DNA of 64,000 nt, from contig JANRKO010000033.1 in the NCBI GenBank assembly GCA_033763455.1, positions 1-64,000 on the forward strand, in the 5' to 3' direction. Under the pieces are notes generated by a model that worked only from the letters and a program-made list of their open reading frames with translations, did no database searches and was not told the DNA's origin. The position numbers and the translations under genes are program-made. Below are positions 1-9,325 of the stretch, in pieces; positions within the stretch are counted from its first letter, which is position 1, and each line of letters starts with the position of its first letter. This stretch comes from Polyangiaceae bacterium. GTDB lineage: Bacteria; Myxococcota_A; Polyangia; Polyangiales; Polyangiaceae.

Positions 1-78
1 CGATTTTCTGAGGCGAGGCGAGAGAGAAAGCGCAGTTGTTGAAGAGGGGGCAAAGCTACGCCTCGCCTCAGAAAACCG
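1..78. repeat. Long inverted repeat (17-bp perfect arms, 38-nt spacer)
   Basis: TTTTCTGAGGCGAGGCG at 4-20 and its reverse complement at 59-75; extends to 1-20/59-78 with one mismatch. Confidence 0.85.
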
Positions 79-124
79 GGCCCGTTTGAAGAGCGACAAG
101 GAGGACGAGGTGGGCCACGCGTCG

Positions 125-277
125 TCAGACGGTAGAGACAATAGCTTCAGGCAACCCGAGTGCGTGCATGGTCTCGATGACCAGGGGCAACCCCGCTCGT
201 GCTGTGGTGCTTCCAAACTTGTCGCTCACTTCTACTTGGAAGGGTAGAATTCCTTGTGGTCGTGGTCTGCCTGGCGT
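125..277 (-). pseudogene. N-terminal fragment of an IS1380-family-like transposase
   Basis: Manual translation TPGRPRPQGILPFQVEVSDKFGSTTARAGLPLVIETMHALGLPEAIVSTV*; resembles the QGxLPF...T.xAGLP start of IS1380 transposases; ACG where ATG is expected, and an early stop. Confidence 0.55.
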
Positions 278-331
278 AGTCCTAGGTTAACTACTATCAG
301 GTGTTACCCATTCCAGTAAATCCCCAAGCGG

Positions 332-414
332 GCTCGTTTTTGGGATTGGGCATCCACAGACAGTCGCCGCGCTGTTTCACCCCCCGTTGTTTCGCCCCAA
401 TCCCAAAAACGAGC
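332..414. repeat. Long inverted repeat (19-bp perfect arms, 45-nt spacer)
   Basis: GCTCGTTTTTGGGATTGGG at 332-350 and CCCAATCCCAAAAACGAGC at 396-414. Confidence 0.85.
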
Positions 415-793
415 TGCTGCGCTGCCCGAGACCTTGCAGGTCGCACCCCCCTCCGTCGCAGCGCGGAGCTGCCACGCACACGCCCCGCCCGCGTCTCCCG
501 AACAGGGAGGCGCTTGGCGAGGGGCAAGCTGCCGCATCAAGCGGCAGCTGGGGAGGGCATCCAACCAATTCGGTGACGCCCTCTACCAACAACTATGGAG
601 TAATTTCGATCACTGACACATGAAGGCCGCGCCTTATCGCTGGATCAGGGCTAACTGGGCGTCTCTGCGCGCACCATTGCGAACGGGACAAAATGCCACG
701 GCGTGCTCTTCGTGTTCATCAAAGACCTCGCGCAATCCGGAGCAACGTCGACCTTCTGGTAACAATATGCAGGAACCCCCGAGAAAGTGCCGG

Positions 794-809
794 TGGCGCG
801 CGACTTGCA
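794..809 (+). promoter_or_regulatory. Sigma-54 (-24/-12) promoter of the DUF4398-ompA operon
   Basis: TGGCGCGCGACTTGCA, exact GG-N10-GC spacing, ~65 nt upstream of ATG 875. Confidence 0.75.
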
Positions 810-874
810 CTCCTTCGGTTCCGTCAGCGACGGCGTTGACGGACCGATAGCTTGTTAAGAAGAGGAAAAAAATC

Positions 875-1267
875 ATGTTACTAAGAATATCCGCAGGAAC
901 AGGCAGCCGATTGGCCCTGCTCGTGGGAAGTCTTGTCTTGGCGCCGCTTGGCTGCGCTGGGGCACCCGTGCCAACTCAAAACGTTGCTGACGCTCGTGCG
1001 TCCGCGGCGGCCGCGCAAGCCGTCGGGGCTGAGAAAGATCCACAAGCAGCACTTCACCTCGAGCTCGCGAACAACAACATGGCACGCGCCGAACGTTTGA
1101 TTTCCAACGACGAAATGGACGCCGCCAAGGTCGCCTTGGTGGAGGCAAAGGTAGATGCTGATCTAGCGCTGAAGTTGGCCACGTTGGCTGAATCCAGGGT
1201 GGAAGTGGCACAGGCCCAGGAACGCTTAAACGACCTAACTGAACAAGCTGGAGGAACTGCACAATGA
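875..1267 (+). CDS. DUF4398-family lipoprotein
   Basis: Lipobox PLGC; Ala-rich helix with A-A-AVGAE..PQA.LHL.LA pattern; overlaps the next gene (ATGA). Confidence 0.8.
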   Translation: MLLRISAGTGSRLALLVGSLVLAPLGCAGAPVPTQNVADARASAAAAQAVGAEKDPQAALHLELANNNMARAERLISNDEMDAAKVALVEAKVDADLALKLATLAESRVEVAQAQERLNDLTEQAGGTAQ

Positions 1268-2193
1268 AACTAATCGGAAAGTTACCCTGTTTGATGCTCG
1301 CGTTTCTGCCACTTGCCTGCGGGGCTACAGCGCCCACGCAACAGTTGGTAGATGCTCGTCGCTCGTACGAGCTCGCCGCCCGCAGCCCGGCCTCCACGCT
1401 GACACCGGCACAGCTTCTGGAAGCGGAAGTTGCCCTCAATCGTGCTGAGCAAGCACACAAGAGCGACCCGGGCTCTGAAAGTGAGCGCCACTTGGCATAC
1501 CTCGCGCAGCGCCGTTCTGAGATTGCCATGGTGGAAAGCGAACTCGTCCGCTCACGAACCGAGCTCGGTAGCATGAAGAAGTCACAGGAAGCTGTGACCG
1601 AGCAAGGCCTCAAGAATGCGCAAAATCAAGTAGAAGCTCGGGATGGCCAGATCCAAGACTTGCGAGCTAAGGAGCAACAGCTCAACAGCAGCAAAGCGGC
1701 CTTGAAGGGTGAGCTTGCCGGGGAACGCGAAGCGCGATTGAAGGCCGAAGCGACGGCAGCCGCAGCGTTGGCGAGCTTGAAGGAGGTGGCCATGATCAAG
1801 GAGGAAGCCACCAGCATGACCATTACGCTGTCGGGGTCCGTACTGTTCGCCACCGGACAGAAGGTACTCCTCCCCATAGCCAAAAGTAGCCTCGACAAAG
1901 TAGCTGAGGCACTGAAGCTTCAGCGTCAGGATCGGCCGATCGTGGTTCTGGGTCACACGGATTCAATGGGTAGCGACGAAGCCAACCAGGCGCTTTCGCT
2001 GGCGAGAGCTGAGGCCGTGCGAGAATATCTAGTGAGCCAGGGCATCGAATCCCAGCGCATCTCAGCGGCCGGTAAAGGAGAAAGTACTCCTGTGGCCGAT
2101 AACAAGAGTGCGGAGGGGCGAGCGAACAATCGACGTGTTGAGATTGTGGTTTCAGGGGCGCCCACCCCCGCACTGGCTAATGGCTCACGCTAA
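1264..2193 (+). CDS. OmpA-C-like peptidoglycan-binding lipoprotein with N-terminal DUF4398/coiled coil
   Basis: Lipobox PLAC; VLFATG, GHTD, NQALSLARAEAV, GRANNRRVEI motifs. Confidence 0.92.
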   Translation: MKLIGKLPCLMLAFLPLACGATAPTQQLVDARRSYELAARSPASTLTPAQLLEAEVALNRAEQAHKSDPGSESERHLAYLAQRRSEIAMVESELVRSRTELGSMKKSQEAVTEQGLKNAQNQVEARDGQIQDLRAKEQQLNSSKAALKGELAGEREARLKAEATAAAALASLKEVAMIKEEATSMTITLSGSVLFATGQKVLLPIAKSSLDKVAEALKLQRQDRPIVVLGHTDSMGSDEANQALSLARAEAVREYLVSQGIESQRISAAGKGESTPVADNKSAEGRANNRRVEIVVSGAPTPALANGSR

Positions 2194-2267
2194 GGAGCCG
2201 GCAAATCGTCGCGAGGCGACGAGGATGGAGCCACAGTAAGCTGAAGACGGCGCCGTGACCGACCGCA

Positions 2268-2294
2268 CCCAGTGAGGCTTTTTGCCTCACTGGG
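2268..2294. promoter_or_regulatory. Palindromic putative upstream activator site for an enhancer-binding protein
   Basis: CCCAGTGAGGC-TTTTT-GCCTCACTGGG; the same 11-nt arm recurs at 4643-4665 (CCCAGTGAGGCAGCTTGCCACAC). Confidence 0.55.
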
Positions 2295-2350
2295 GCAGGA
2301 ATGAATGGTACCAGTGGAGCAAAAATGAGCAAAACCGAGGCTCTTCAAGC

Positions 2351-2366
2351 TGGCACCGAACTTGCT
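2351..2366 (+). promoter_or_regulatory. Sigma-54 promoter of the NtrC-family gene
   Basis: TGGCACCGAACTTGCT, consensus TGGCAC-N5-TTGC. Confidence 0.8.
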
Positions 2367-2408
2367 GAACGCCAATTCAGAGGCCATGACGGGGACGGCG
2401 AGGCGCAT

Positions 2409-3776
2409 GTGAGCAAGATCTTAATTGTCGATGATGATGCTGATGTCTGTGCGCTGCTGCGGGACAGCCTGCTGAAGCAAGGGCACACCGCAGATGCGTG
2501 CGGTGCTCTGAAAGACGCCAGCGAGCGGATCGCGAGTGACGACTACGACGTTGTCGTGACGGATCTTCAGTTGGCTGGGGAAAGCGGGCTTGAGCTGTGC
2601 GAATGGATGAAACAAAACCGAGCGGATGTACCCGTAATCGTCATCACCGGTTTCGGTAACATGGACACCGCCGTAAGCGCAATCCGCGCTGGTGCTTACG
2701 ATTTTATAACCAAACCGGTGGATTTAAACCTCTTGGAGTTCACGGTTCGCCGCGCCGCGCAACATCGCGACCTTCACGCGGAGGTTCGTCGGTTGCGACT
2801 CGCCTCTTCCCACCACCTTGGGATTGAGGGAATGATCGGCGAAAGCTCTCCGATAAAGAAGCTTGCCGGCCTGATACTCCGCGTTGCCAACAGCGACGCT
2901 ACAGTGCTTATCTCCGGGGAAAGCGGCACGGGTAAAGAGCTTATCGCTCACGCCTTGCACAAGACCAGTGAGCGCGCAGCCGGCCCCTTCGTGGCTGTGA
3001 ACTGCGCGGCTTTGCCCTCGGAGTTGCTGGAAAGCGAACTCTTTGGTCACGAACGAGGCGCGTTCACCGACGCTCGGAGAGCCCGTGAGGGCCTTCTGCG
3101 GGAGGCGAGCGGGGGCACGCTATTCCTCGACGAGATCGGCGAGATGTCATTGGATATGCAGGTTAAGCTGCTCCGCGCGCTCCAAGAGCGAAAGGTGCGG
3201 CCCGTGGGGGGATCGCAAGAGGTTGCTTTCACCGCTCGGCTCGTGGCCGCAACTAACAAAGATTTAGAGAGTGAAGTCGAGGAAGGCCGGTTCCGCGCAG
3301 ATCTGTATTATCGAATCAATGTGGTGCGCCTGCATGCACCCCCCCTAAGGGCCCGAGGCAATGATGTCCTGTTACTAGCGCAGCACTTCGTGGCGTCGAT
3401 TGCAAAGCGCAGTGCCCATCCCATTAAGGGGTTCTCTTCGGAGGCCGCAAAACGCCTCTTGGATTACGATTGGCCGGGCAACGTGCGTGAACTCGAGAAC
3501 ACCGTGGAGCGAGCCATGGCGTTGGCGCAATTTGATGAGATTGGCCTTGAGGATCTGCCTGAAAAGGTTCAGTCGTACCAGAGCACCCAGCTCGTGATTG
3601 GTGGCGGCAATCCGGAGGATTTGCTGACGCTTGAGGAATTAGAGAAGCGGTACATTCTAAAGGTTCTGGCGACCGTTTCAGGAAACAAGACTCAGGCTGC
3701 TAAGGTCCTCGAACTAGATCGAAGAACGCTCTATCGAAAGCTAGACCGGTACGAACGGCTCAATTCCTTAGATTAA
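2409..3776 (+). CDS. Sigma-54-dependent response regulator (NtrC/AtoC/ZraR family: REC-AAA+-Fis HTH)
   Basis: ILIVDDD receiver, GESGTGKE Walker A, GAFTDA loop, LFLDEIGE, WPGNVRELEN, C-terminal HTH; GTG 2409 chosen from the RBS and the promoter position. Confidence 0.95.
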   Translation: MSKILIVDDDADVCALLRDSLLKQGHTADACGALKDASERIASDDYDVVVTDLQLAGESGLELCEWMKQNRADVPVIVITGFGNMDTAVSAIRAGAYDFITKPVDLNLLEFTVRRAAQHRDLHAEVRRLRLASSHHLGIEGMIGESSPIKKLAGLILRVANSDATVLISGESGTGKELIAHALHKTSERAAGPFVAVNCAALPSELLESELFGHERGAFTDARRAREGLLREASGGTLFLDEIGEMSLDMQVKLLRALQERKVRPVGGSQEVAFTARLVAATNKDLESEVEEGRFRADLYYRINVVRLHAPPLRARGNDVLLLAQHFVASIAKRSAHPIKGFSSEAAKRLLDYDWPGNVRELENTVERAMALAQFDEIGLEDLPEKVQSYQSTQLVIGGGNPEDLLTLEELEKRYILKVLATVSGNKTQAAKVLELDRRTLYRKLDRYERLNSLD

Positions 3777-3787
3777 GAGAGAAAGGC

Positions 3788-4579
3788 CTAACGCTCGGCG
3801 CCCGATGTTGCCGGTGGCGCGATATGCCGCACGGGCCAGGTTAACCGAACGCTATTCGATGTAGGGAAGGAAAGACTTCCTCCGTTCTGCCGGGCTGCTT
3901 CGAAAGCAGCCACGAACGCCAGTGTTTCTAGCCGCTCAGGTGCGTCCGCGCGGAGCCTCCAAGGATCGCTCAGATGGACTTGAATGGCCGGATCAACCGC
4001 CGGCCCAGACCATTCGAACTCAACTTCGAGAGTGGCTTCGTCACGCGCGAGAGGGGAATGCGACATAGTCACCGTAAGCGGACCCACCGCATGCCGATGT
4101 AGCGTGCTTTGCACAAGGCTAACCAGCGTCTCAGCGAGTGGGAGCGCTCGAATCCTCCCGCACCACGCGGGCGGAACATTCGTTACCCATGCTATCTCAA
4201 GACCGGTACCAACCCACGCTTCGCGGCAGGGCGCAGCGCCAGTGACATGCTCGATCGTTTCGCGGGTGAACTGAGCAACGTTAACGGACGAAAGCTCGGC
4301 CTCTGGGTCCCGGAGGGTGGCCACCGTTGTTTGGAGGAACTCGCTGAGCTCGCGACATTTGCGAACAATAATGGTCACGTGCTTCTGCGCTTCTTCCAGG
4401 TCAGTGGAACCCTGCGCAAGCGCGGCTCGCCCAGAAATCACCTGCAAGGGCGTGCCGAGGGCATGAGCCAGGCTTGCCGCTAAGCGTGACAGGGCAAAGC
4501 GAGCCTCATAAGCGCTCCCAGGGGTGGCCAGGGAAGAAATATTCAGCGTACCACCTGGGGGCAAATCCGTATCGCGCAT
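3788..4579 (-). CDS. Degenerate histidine kinase (H-box retained, ATP-binding boxes not recognisable)
   Basis: LAASLAHALGTPLQVISGRA H-box; no N-box Asn, DxGxG or GxGLG motifs. Confidence 0.65.
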   Translation of the reverse strand: MRDTDLPPGGTLNISSLATPGSAYEARFALSRLAASLAHALGTPLQVISGRAALAQGSTDLEEAQKHVTIIVRKCRELSEFLQTTVATLRDPEAELSSVNVAQFTRETIEHVTGAAPCREAWVGTGLEIAWVTNVPPAWCGRIRALPLAETLVSLVQSTLHRHAVGPLTVTMSHSPLARDEATLEVEFEWSGPAVDPAIQVHLSDPWRLRADAPERLETLAFVAAFEAARQNGGSLSFPTSNSVRLTWPVRHIAPPATSGAER

Positions 4580-4703
4580 TGACGGAGATGTTTACCTCCA
4601 ATTGCGCGTCGATAAAAGCATCCTTGCGCAGCGTTTTCACCTCCCAGTGAGGCAGCTTGCCACACCCTCCTCGCCGCGGTCAGTTCATGTAAAATGAGTA
4701 CCT

Positions 4704-4922
4704 CTAGGGATTCGTATCATCGAAGACACGGTCCACAGGTGGGTGGTGTTCGGGTGAGCCACCTTGAGGTCGCATCCAGGCCACACACAACAGCACGGTT
4801 ATCACGAGGCCAACGACGAGCGCTGCGTAGGCTACCAGAGGAAACCCTAGCGCGATTGCGACTGCGAACGCCATGGTGACTGCGACAAACAACAGAACCA
4901 CGCCTAACCAATGCCGCTTCAT
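4704..4922 (-). CDS. Small membrane protein (start 4922 or 4874)
   Basis: Two hydrophobic stretches; sigma-54 promoter directly upstream. Confidence 0.5.
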   Translation of the reverse strand: MKRHWLGVVLLFVAVTMAFAVAIALGFPLVAYAALVVGLVITVLLCVAWMRPQGGSPEHHPPVDRVFDDTNP

Positions 4923-4933
4923 GCAGACGGTTG

Positions 4934-4949
4934 AGCAAACGGCATGCCA
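4934..4949 (-). promoter_or_regulatory. Sigma-54 promoter (leftward)
   Basis: Minus strand TGGCATGCCGTTTGCT, GG-N10-GC. Confidence 0.7.
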
Positions 4950-5108
4950 CTTGAATCGGAAGCTACATAGCCCCTCCGCCGACAATCGATTGAAAAAACG
5001 CACGGGCCCATTCGCCACGCTGTGGCGGCGCTGCTCCCGGTGAGGTTTCTGCGGGTGTAGTGAAGGCCTAAATCACGCTCCTTTGTGTGTCTGCTGGTTA
5101 TCACCTAT

Positions 5109-5124
5109 TGGCCCACGTCTTGCT
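5109..5124 (+). promoter_or_regulatory. Sigma-54 promoter of the CBS gene
   Basis: TGGCCCACGTCTTGCT, GG-N10-GC, ~50 nt before ATG 5177. Confidence 0.7.
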
Positions 5125-5176
5125 TAGGGGCTTGAAACATCCCCGTTCAGCTGTCACCCACGTTTTGGAGCCCCTT

Positions 5177-5923
5177 ATGTCGGAAAATAATTCACTCGAT
5201 GGTGCCTTTGGCCGAGTTTTCTCTGAGCTGCAGGCGGCTCGCGACGGCGTGCGGTTGCAGGCGCACCTGTTTAGCTTGGAAACACGCGAGCGTTGGAGTG
5301 AACTAGAAACCAGCGTTGAGGCTCTGGAACACCGGCTGCACCAGGAGGGAGAAAATGTGAGCCTCATAGCACAAGCTGGCCTCTCTGATTTGACTCACAA
5401 AGTCACGGAATTCATCACGCGCCACCTGGCACGCGGCTCAACTCTGGAGACTTCCGCGCGCGCCATCATGAGCGCAAGCCCCCGGACATGCCGCCCGGAA
5501 GATCGGCTAGATGTGCCCGTGCAAATCATGTGGGAGGCAGATTGCGGCGTTGTTCCAGTGGTAAATCCTGAAGGAAGGGCCGTAGGTGTAATAACGGACC
5601 GGGATGTCTGCATGAGTACCTACATGCAAGGCAAAGACCTTGGAGCCTTGAGTGTTGGGAGCGCAATGTCCCAAATGCTGTACACGTGCGAGCCTAGTAC
5701 GCCGGTTTGGCGCATCCTTGAGCTCATGCGGGAAGCGCAGGTACATCGGCTTCTCGTTATAGGTGAGACTGGCGATTTGCAGGGAATCGTCGCGCTTGCC
5801 GATGTTGCACGCCTGAAAGTGATGGATGAAATGGCGGCATGTGCCCTCTTGGCACGTACCGTCTCTGCGCTATCCGAAGCTCGCGTTCAGTCCCCCAACT
5901 TACCCGCTCAGGCTGCTCAGTGA
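5177..5923 (+). CDS. CBS-pair protein with N-terminal coiled coil
   Basis: MWEADCGVVPVV..GVITDRD and QVHRLLVI..LQGIVALADV CBS repeats; GGAG RBS. Confidence 0.88.
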   Translation: MSENNSLDGAFGRVFSELQAARDGVRLQAHLFSLETRERWSELETSVEALEHRLHQEGENVSLIAQAGLSDLTHKVTEFITRHLARGSTLETSARAIMSASPRTCRPEDRLDVPVQIMWEADCGVVPVVNPEGRAVGVITDRDVCMSTYMQGKDLGALSVGSAMSQMLYTCEPSTPVWRILELMREAQVHRLLVIGETGDLQGIVALADVARLKVMDEMAACALLARTVSALSEARVQSPNLPAQAAQ

Positions 5924-6135
5924 CGGAGCTTCTTGTGGCTAAGCAGGCACCAGACGTATTTCCGTTCGACTTTATCACCTATCTTGAGGGGAAGTTACAC
6001 CTTGGCCGAGACGCAGTAACCACTCTGCTCGGCGAGTGGCTTCTGATCTACGAACCGGCGAGGCGCTCATCAACCCTTCAATCACACCCAAAGGGCCTCC
6101 AAGGTAGTATAGGTCACCAACTGAGCGAGCCATAA
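5920..6135 (+). CDS. Small hypothetical protein
   Basis: GTG start overlaps the CBS stop (GTGA); globular-looking composition. Confidence 0.4.
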   Translation: MTELLVAKQAPDVFPFDFITYLEGKLHLGRDAVTTLLGEWLLIYEPARRSSTLQSHPKGLQGSIGHQLSEP

Positions 6136-6167
6136 ACACACATACCCCCGACTTCGGGAACGCACAC

Positions 6168-6515
6168 ATGAACAATCCCAAGCAGCCAGAAACAACGGAT
6201 TCGGGGAATTCAGCGATCGACGACCCAACTCTACCAACGGCAAGCTCGGAGAAGGACGAGGGCTACCAGAACCGAGGCGCGGTTGGATTCGAAGACGCAA
6301 ACCTGGCGCTGGAACACTCTTTACGCAGCGAACTTGCCGGAAAGCTCCACTTAGACACAACTAAGCTGGTGATCACTGTGACGGACGAGGAAATATCTCT
6401 GTCGGGTGCAGTCGAGAATACTGAGCAAAAGTCCGGAGTGGCCTCCCTGGCTGCTGTTGTGGGAGCCTCGCGAAAGATCATCGACCATCTACACATTACC
6501 CCCAGTGCTCGCTGA
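6168..6515 (+). CDS. BON-domain protein
   Basis: D..L...LRSEL...I.VTDEEISLSGAV...K..VA.LA..VGA.KIIDHLHI pattern. Confidence 0.8.
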   Translation: MNNPKQPETTDSGNSAIDDPTLPTASSEKDEGYQNRGAVGFEDANLALEHSLRSELAGKLHLDTTKLVITVTDEEISLSGAVENTEQKSGVASLAAVVGASRKIIDHLHITPSAR

Positions 6516-6747
6516 GGACTCTCCACGTAGATTCGCAGCATCGGATGACCGATGGCGGGCGACACCTTTAAGCCCCGCTTCCTGCGGCAAACCTGTGACT
6601 CACCAGCGGTAGCGGCAGCAAAATCTGCGCTTGCTCAGTGCAACAGTGCATATTCGCCCACGTGTAGCAATTCGCCCTATCTCCAAGAACTGACCAGGAA
6701 ACTGCCTGACCGGTGTGCTTGTATTCGTGGATTAGAAGGTCCAGAGT

Positions 6748-8022
6748 GTGAGCGTGCTAGCTGATTTCTTAATTTCGAATGCTGAGGAGATTATCACGCG
6801 CGCCCAAGCAAGAGTTGCTGCTGGGCCAATGCCTCCGTCTAGCACCGCCCATCTCGTCAACGGTGTTCCGATGTTTCTGGAACAGTTGGGCGATGCACTA
6901 CGCCTCGCAAGTGCAGGCGGCAATATAGATCACGAGCAGCTCTGTGTGAGCGCAGGTCGGCACGGCGCGGATTTACTGCGCATGGGGCACACGGTAGCGC
7001 AGGTGGTTCGGGATTACGGGCACGTGTGTCAGGCCATCACTGAGTTGGCCGTCGAACAGAACGTGTCGATCCCTTCCGCAGAGTTTCAAACACTGAATCT
7101 GTGCCTGGATGACGCCATCGCGGGAGCCGTTAGCGCGTACTCAGAGTTACGGGAAACAGCCATCGCAGAAGAGGGCGCTGAGCGCTTAGGCAGCTTGGCT
7201 CACGAGTTTCGCAACCTCGTGAACACGGCCATGCTCTCGTTTGAAACGATTCGAACTGGACTGGTTTCCCCGGCGGGCAGCACGGGGATAGTGCATGCAC
7301 GCAGCCTTATGGGCTTGCGGGACCTTGTGGACCGCTCGCTCGCTGATGTGCGGCTTGAAGCCGGCATAGTGAACCAGGAACAGATCTCGGTGGCGGAGTT
7401 CATTCAGGAAGTGGAAATCAGTGCGCTCATCCAGGCCCACGCGCGCAGCATCAGCTTCGACGTTCAGCTCGTTGATCGTTCCGCGATCATTCAGGGAGAT
7501 CGACTGAGCCTCACGGCAGCACTTTCGAATCTCCTTCAAAATGCGTTCAAGTTCACGCGCCGCGAGGGCCATGTTTCGCTCAGAACACGGGTTACAGCTG
7601 ATCGAGTGTTGTTCGAGGTGGAGGATGAATGTGGTGGGCTGCCACCAGGGAAGGTAGAAGAGCTCTTTCGCCCCTTTCAGCAGCGTGGGAGCGATCGCAG
7701 CGGTGTGGGCCTCGGGCTTTCGATTTGCCTCCGCGCGGCCAAGGCAAATGCTGGAGCTATCCACGTGAAAGATCTGCCGGGCAAAGGCTGCGTATTCACT
7801 CTTGATTTGGCCAGAAAGCCGCTGCCTCCTCTATCCGTCGTAGGTGGAGGTAAGCGTGAGCCTGGCGGTGGCTCTGGGCCCGGCGCTGGCTCTGGGCCCG
7901 GCGCTGGCCGTGGGCCCGGTTCCCAATCCCTGCACGAGCCACTAGCCACAACGAATTACGCCTTCTCTCACCGCTCCAGTACGAAGGGGACGAAACAACA
8001 GGCCGTCGTAAAGTGGCGTTGA
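6748..8022 (+). CDS. Cytoplasmic sensor histidine kinase (RsbRD-N-like input, HisKA, HATPase)
   Basis: AGRHG..LLRMG.TVAQVVRDY input; LAHEFRN, NLLQNAFKF, VEDECGG, GVGLGLSI. Confidence 0.92.
   Translation: MSVLADFLISNAEEIITRAQARVAAGPMPPSSTAHLVNGVPMFLEQLGDALRLASAGGNIDHEQLCVSAGRHGADLLRMGHTVAQVVRDYGHVCQAITELAVEQNVSIPSAEFQTLNLCLDDAIAGAVSAYSELRETAIAEEGAERLGSLAHEFRNLVNTAMLSFETIRTGLVSPAGSTGIVHARSLMGLRDLVDRSLADVRLEAGIVNQEQISVAEFIQEVEISALIQAHARSISFDVQLVDRSAIIQGDRLSLTAALSNLLQNAFKFTRREGHVSLRTRVTADRVLFEVEDECGGLPPGKVEELFRPFQQRGSDRSGVGLGLSICLRAAKANAGAIHVKDLPGKGCVFTLDLARKPLPPLSVVGGGKREPGGGSGPGAGSGPGAGRGPGSQSLHEPLATTNYAFSHRSSTKGTKQQAVVKWR
7870..7920 (+). repeat. 18-bp tandem repeat (~3 units) encoding a GSGPGA tail
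   Basis: GGCTCTGGGCCCGGCGCT x2 plus a degenerate third unit. Confidence 0.85.
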
Positions 8023-8078
8023 GCGGTCAGCTAGGTGACCGCTCAGTGGAGCCACGTGAATAACGTGCAGAACTTCAC

Positions 8079-8486
8079 CTAACTAGCATTCACAGGTATC
8101 TTTCGTTCGACGGCTGACGCTCGCTTGGGAAGATGCAGAGTCAGCACTCCTTTATCGAGCACCGCGCGGATCCCGTCCACGTCAACGCTTTCCGATAGCC
8201 GCAGCGTACGCTGAAAGCGGCCAAAGCTGCGCTCCCGAAGGCGGCTGTGGCCCTCTTCACGCTTTTTGGCGGGGCGCTCCGCAGTAATAACGAGCTTGTA
8301 GTCCATTACCTGCACATCTACAGTGTTTGGATCCATGCCCGGCATTTCTGCCTCCACGACGTAATGGTCCGCGTGTTCGATGATATCCACGGGCGGCGCT
8401 ACGTCTTTCTGGTACTTGCCATTTGGCACCTCGCTGCGGAACCATGGCGTTTCTATTGAAGTTGCTGAATTCAAAAGAGAGATCAT
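8079..8486 (-). CDS. Hsp20/alpha-crystallin small heat shock protein
   Basis: PPVDIIE..AEMPG, RERSFGRFQRT, GVLTLHLPK; GGAG RBS. Confidence 0.93.
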   Translation of the reverse strand: MISLLNSATSIETPWFRSEVPNGKYQKDVAPPVDIIEHADHYVVEAEMPGMDPNTVDVQVMDYKLVITAERPAKKREEGHSRLRERSFGRFQRTLRLSESVDVDGIRAVLDKGVLTLHLPKRASAVERKIPVNAS

Positions 8487-8750
8487 TGTTGCTTCTCCAT
8501 GAATGTGAATGTCCCACAGTCTAAAACACGGTGGCCCATGCACCGACCGTGTACGAAGCGAGGCTGACTCGCTTCGGCAGTCGAAGGTAAATTGCCTTTT
8601 TGTCCCGTCAAGAGGGGCGGATTCGGGAAAATCCGACCAGGAACAACGCGATCGGTGGGAATAAACGTCGTGTGTTGGGCCTTGAGCCACCGTTCAATTC
8701 GAGCGGCCGCCTAATGTGGCTGCCGCCAAACTAGTTGCGAGGTTGGATCT

Positions 8751-9074
8751 ATGGACACTACGAGCGGTACGTGGGCCTCGGGGTCCACGCTTGATACGGT
8801 TTCGAAGCCGAGGGCGGCTGACGTAATTAAGCGCCTCGGAATTCGCCTGGTTGCCGGGGCAGTTCAGAGCTTTGCTGCACTGTTGATCGTTTGGTGTGCG
8901 CTACCGGCTCTCGTCCTCTTCGGCTTGTGCCTATTTCCGGCCCTAATTGTTCCAGGCATCCTGATGGCGGTGCTGCACACCGACGCCACGCAGCCAGCAC
9001 GTGCACCCCTCCAGAAGGACCGTTTCTCAAGGGGCCAACACCGCCCCCACATGTCGGGACCGCTTCCCGCCTGA
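8751..9074 (+). CDS. Hypothetical membrane protein
   Basis: GAGG RBS; long central hydrophobic segment. Confidence 0.5.
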   Translation: MDTTSGTWASGSTLDTVSKPRAADVIKRLGIRLVAGAVQSFAALLIVWCALPALVLFGLCLFPALIVPGILMAVLHTDATQPARAPLQKDRFSRGQHRPHMSGPLPA

Positions 9075-9122
9075 GGGGCACAGCTGAACTAATCTACATC
9101 TAAAGCAGGAAGGGAATCAACC

Positions 9123-9314
9123 ATGAATACCACTAGCAATGAAGTCAACTTTGAGAGTCACCGCATATTAACCGCCACCCTCGGAGAATTCTTGGTTACG
9201 CAACGGGGCAAGCTCTGGGTCGCGGACGAGCCCAATGTTCCAACGGCACCCCCGCCCCATCTAGGCTCTCACGAGGTTCTTCGGCCCAAAGACGGCATCA
9301 GCGCCAACCGTTGA
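9123..9314 (+). CDS. Small hypothetical protein, possibly truncated at the island junction
   Basis: AGGAAGGG RBS and ATG; no recognisable domain. Confidence 0.3.
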   Translation: MNTTSNEVNFESHRILTATLGEFLVTQRGKLWVADEPNVPTAPPPHLGSHEVLRPKDGISANR

Positions 9315-9325
9315 GAACCAATGTT

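Noticed and set aside
8520..8745. Sigma-54 promoters for hsp20 and the 8751 gene
   Set aside because: Candidate sites lack the GG-N10-GC spacing
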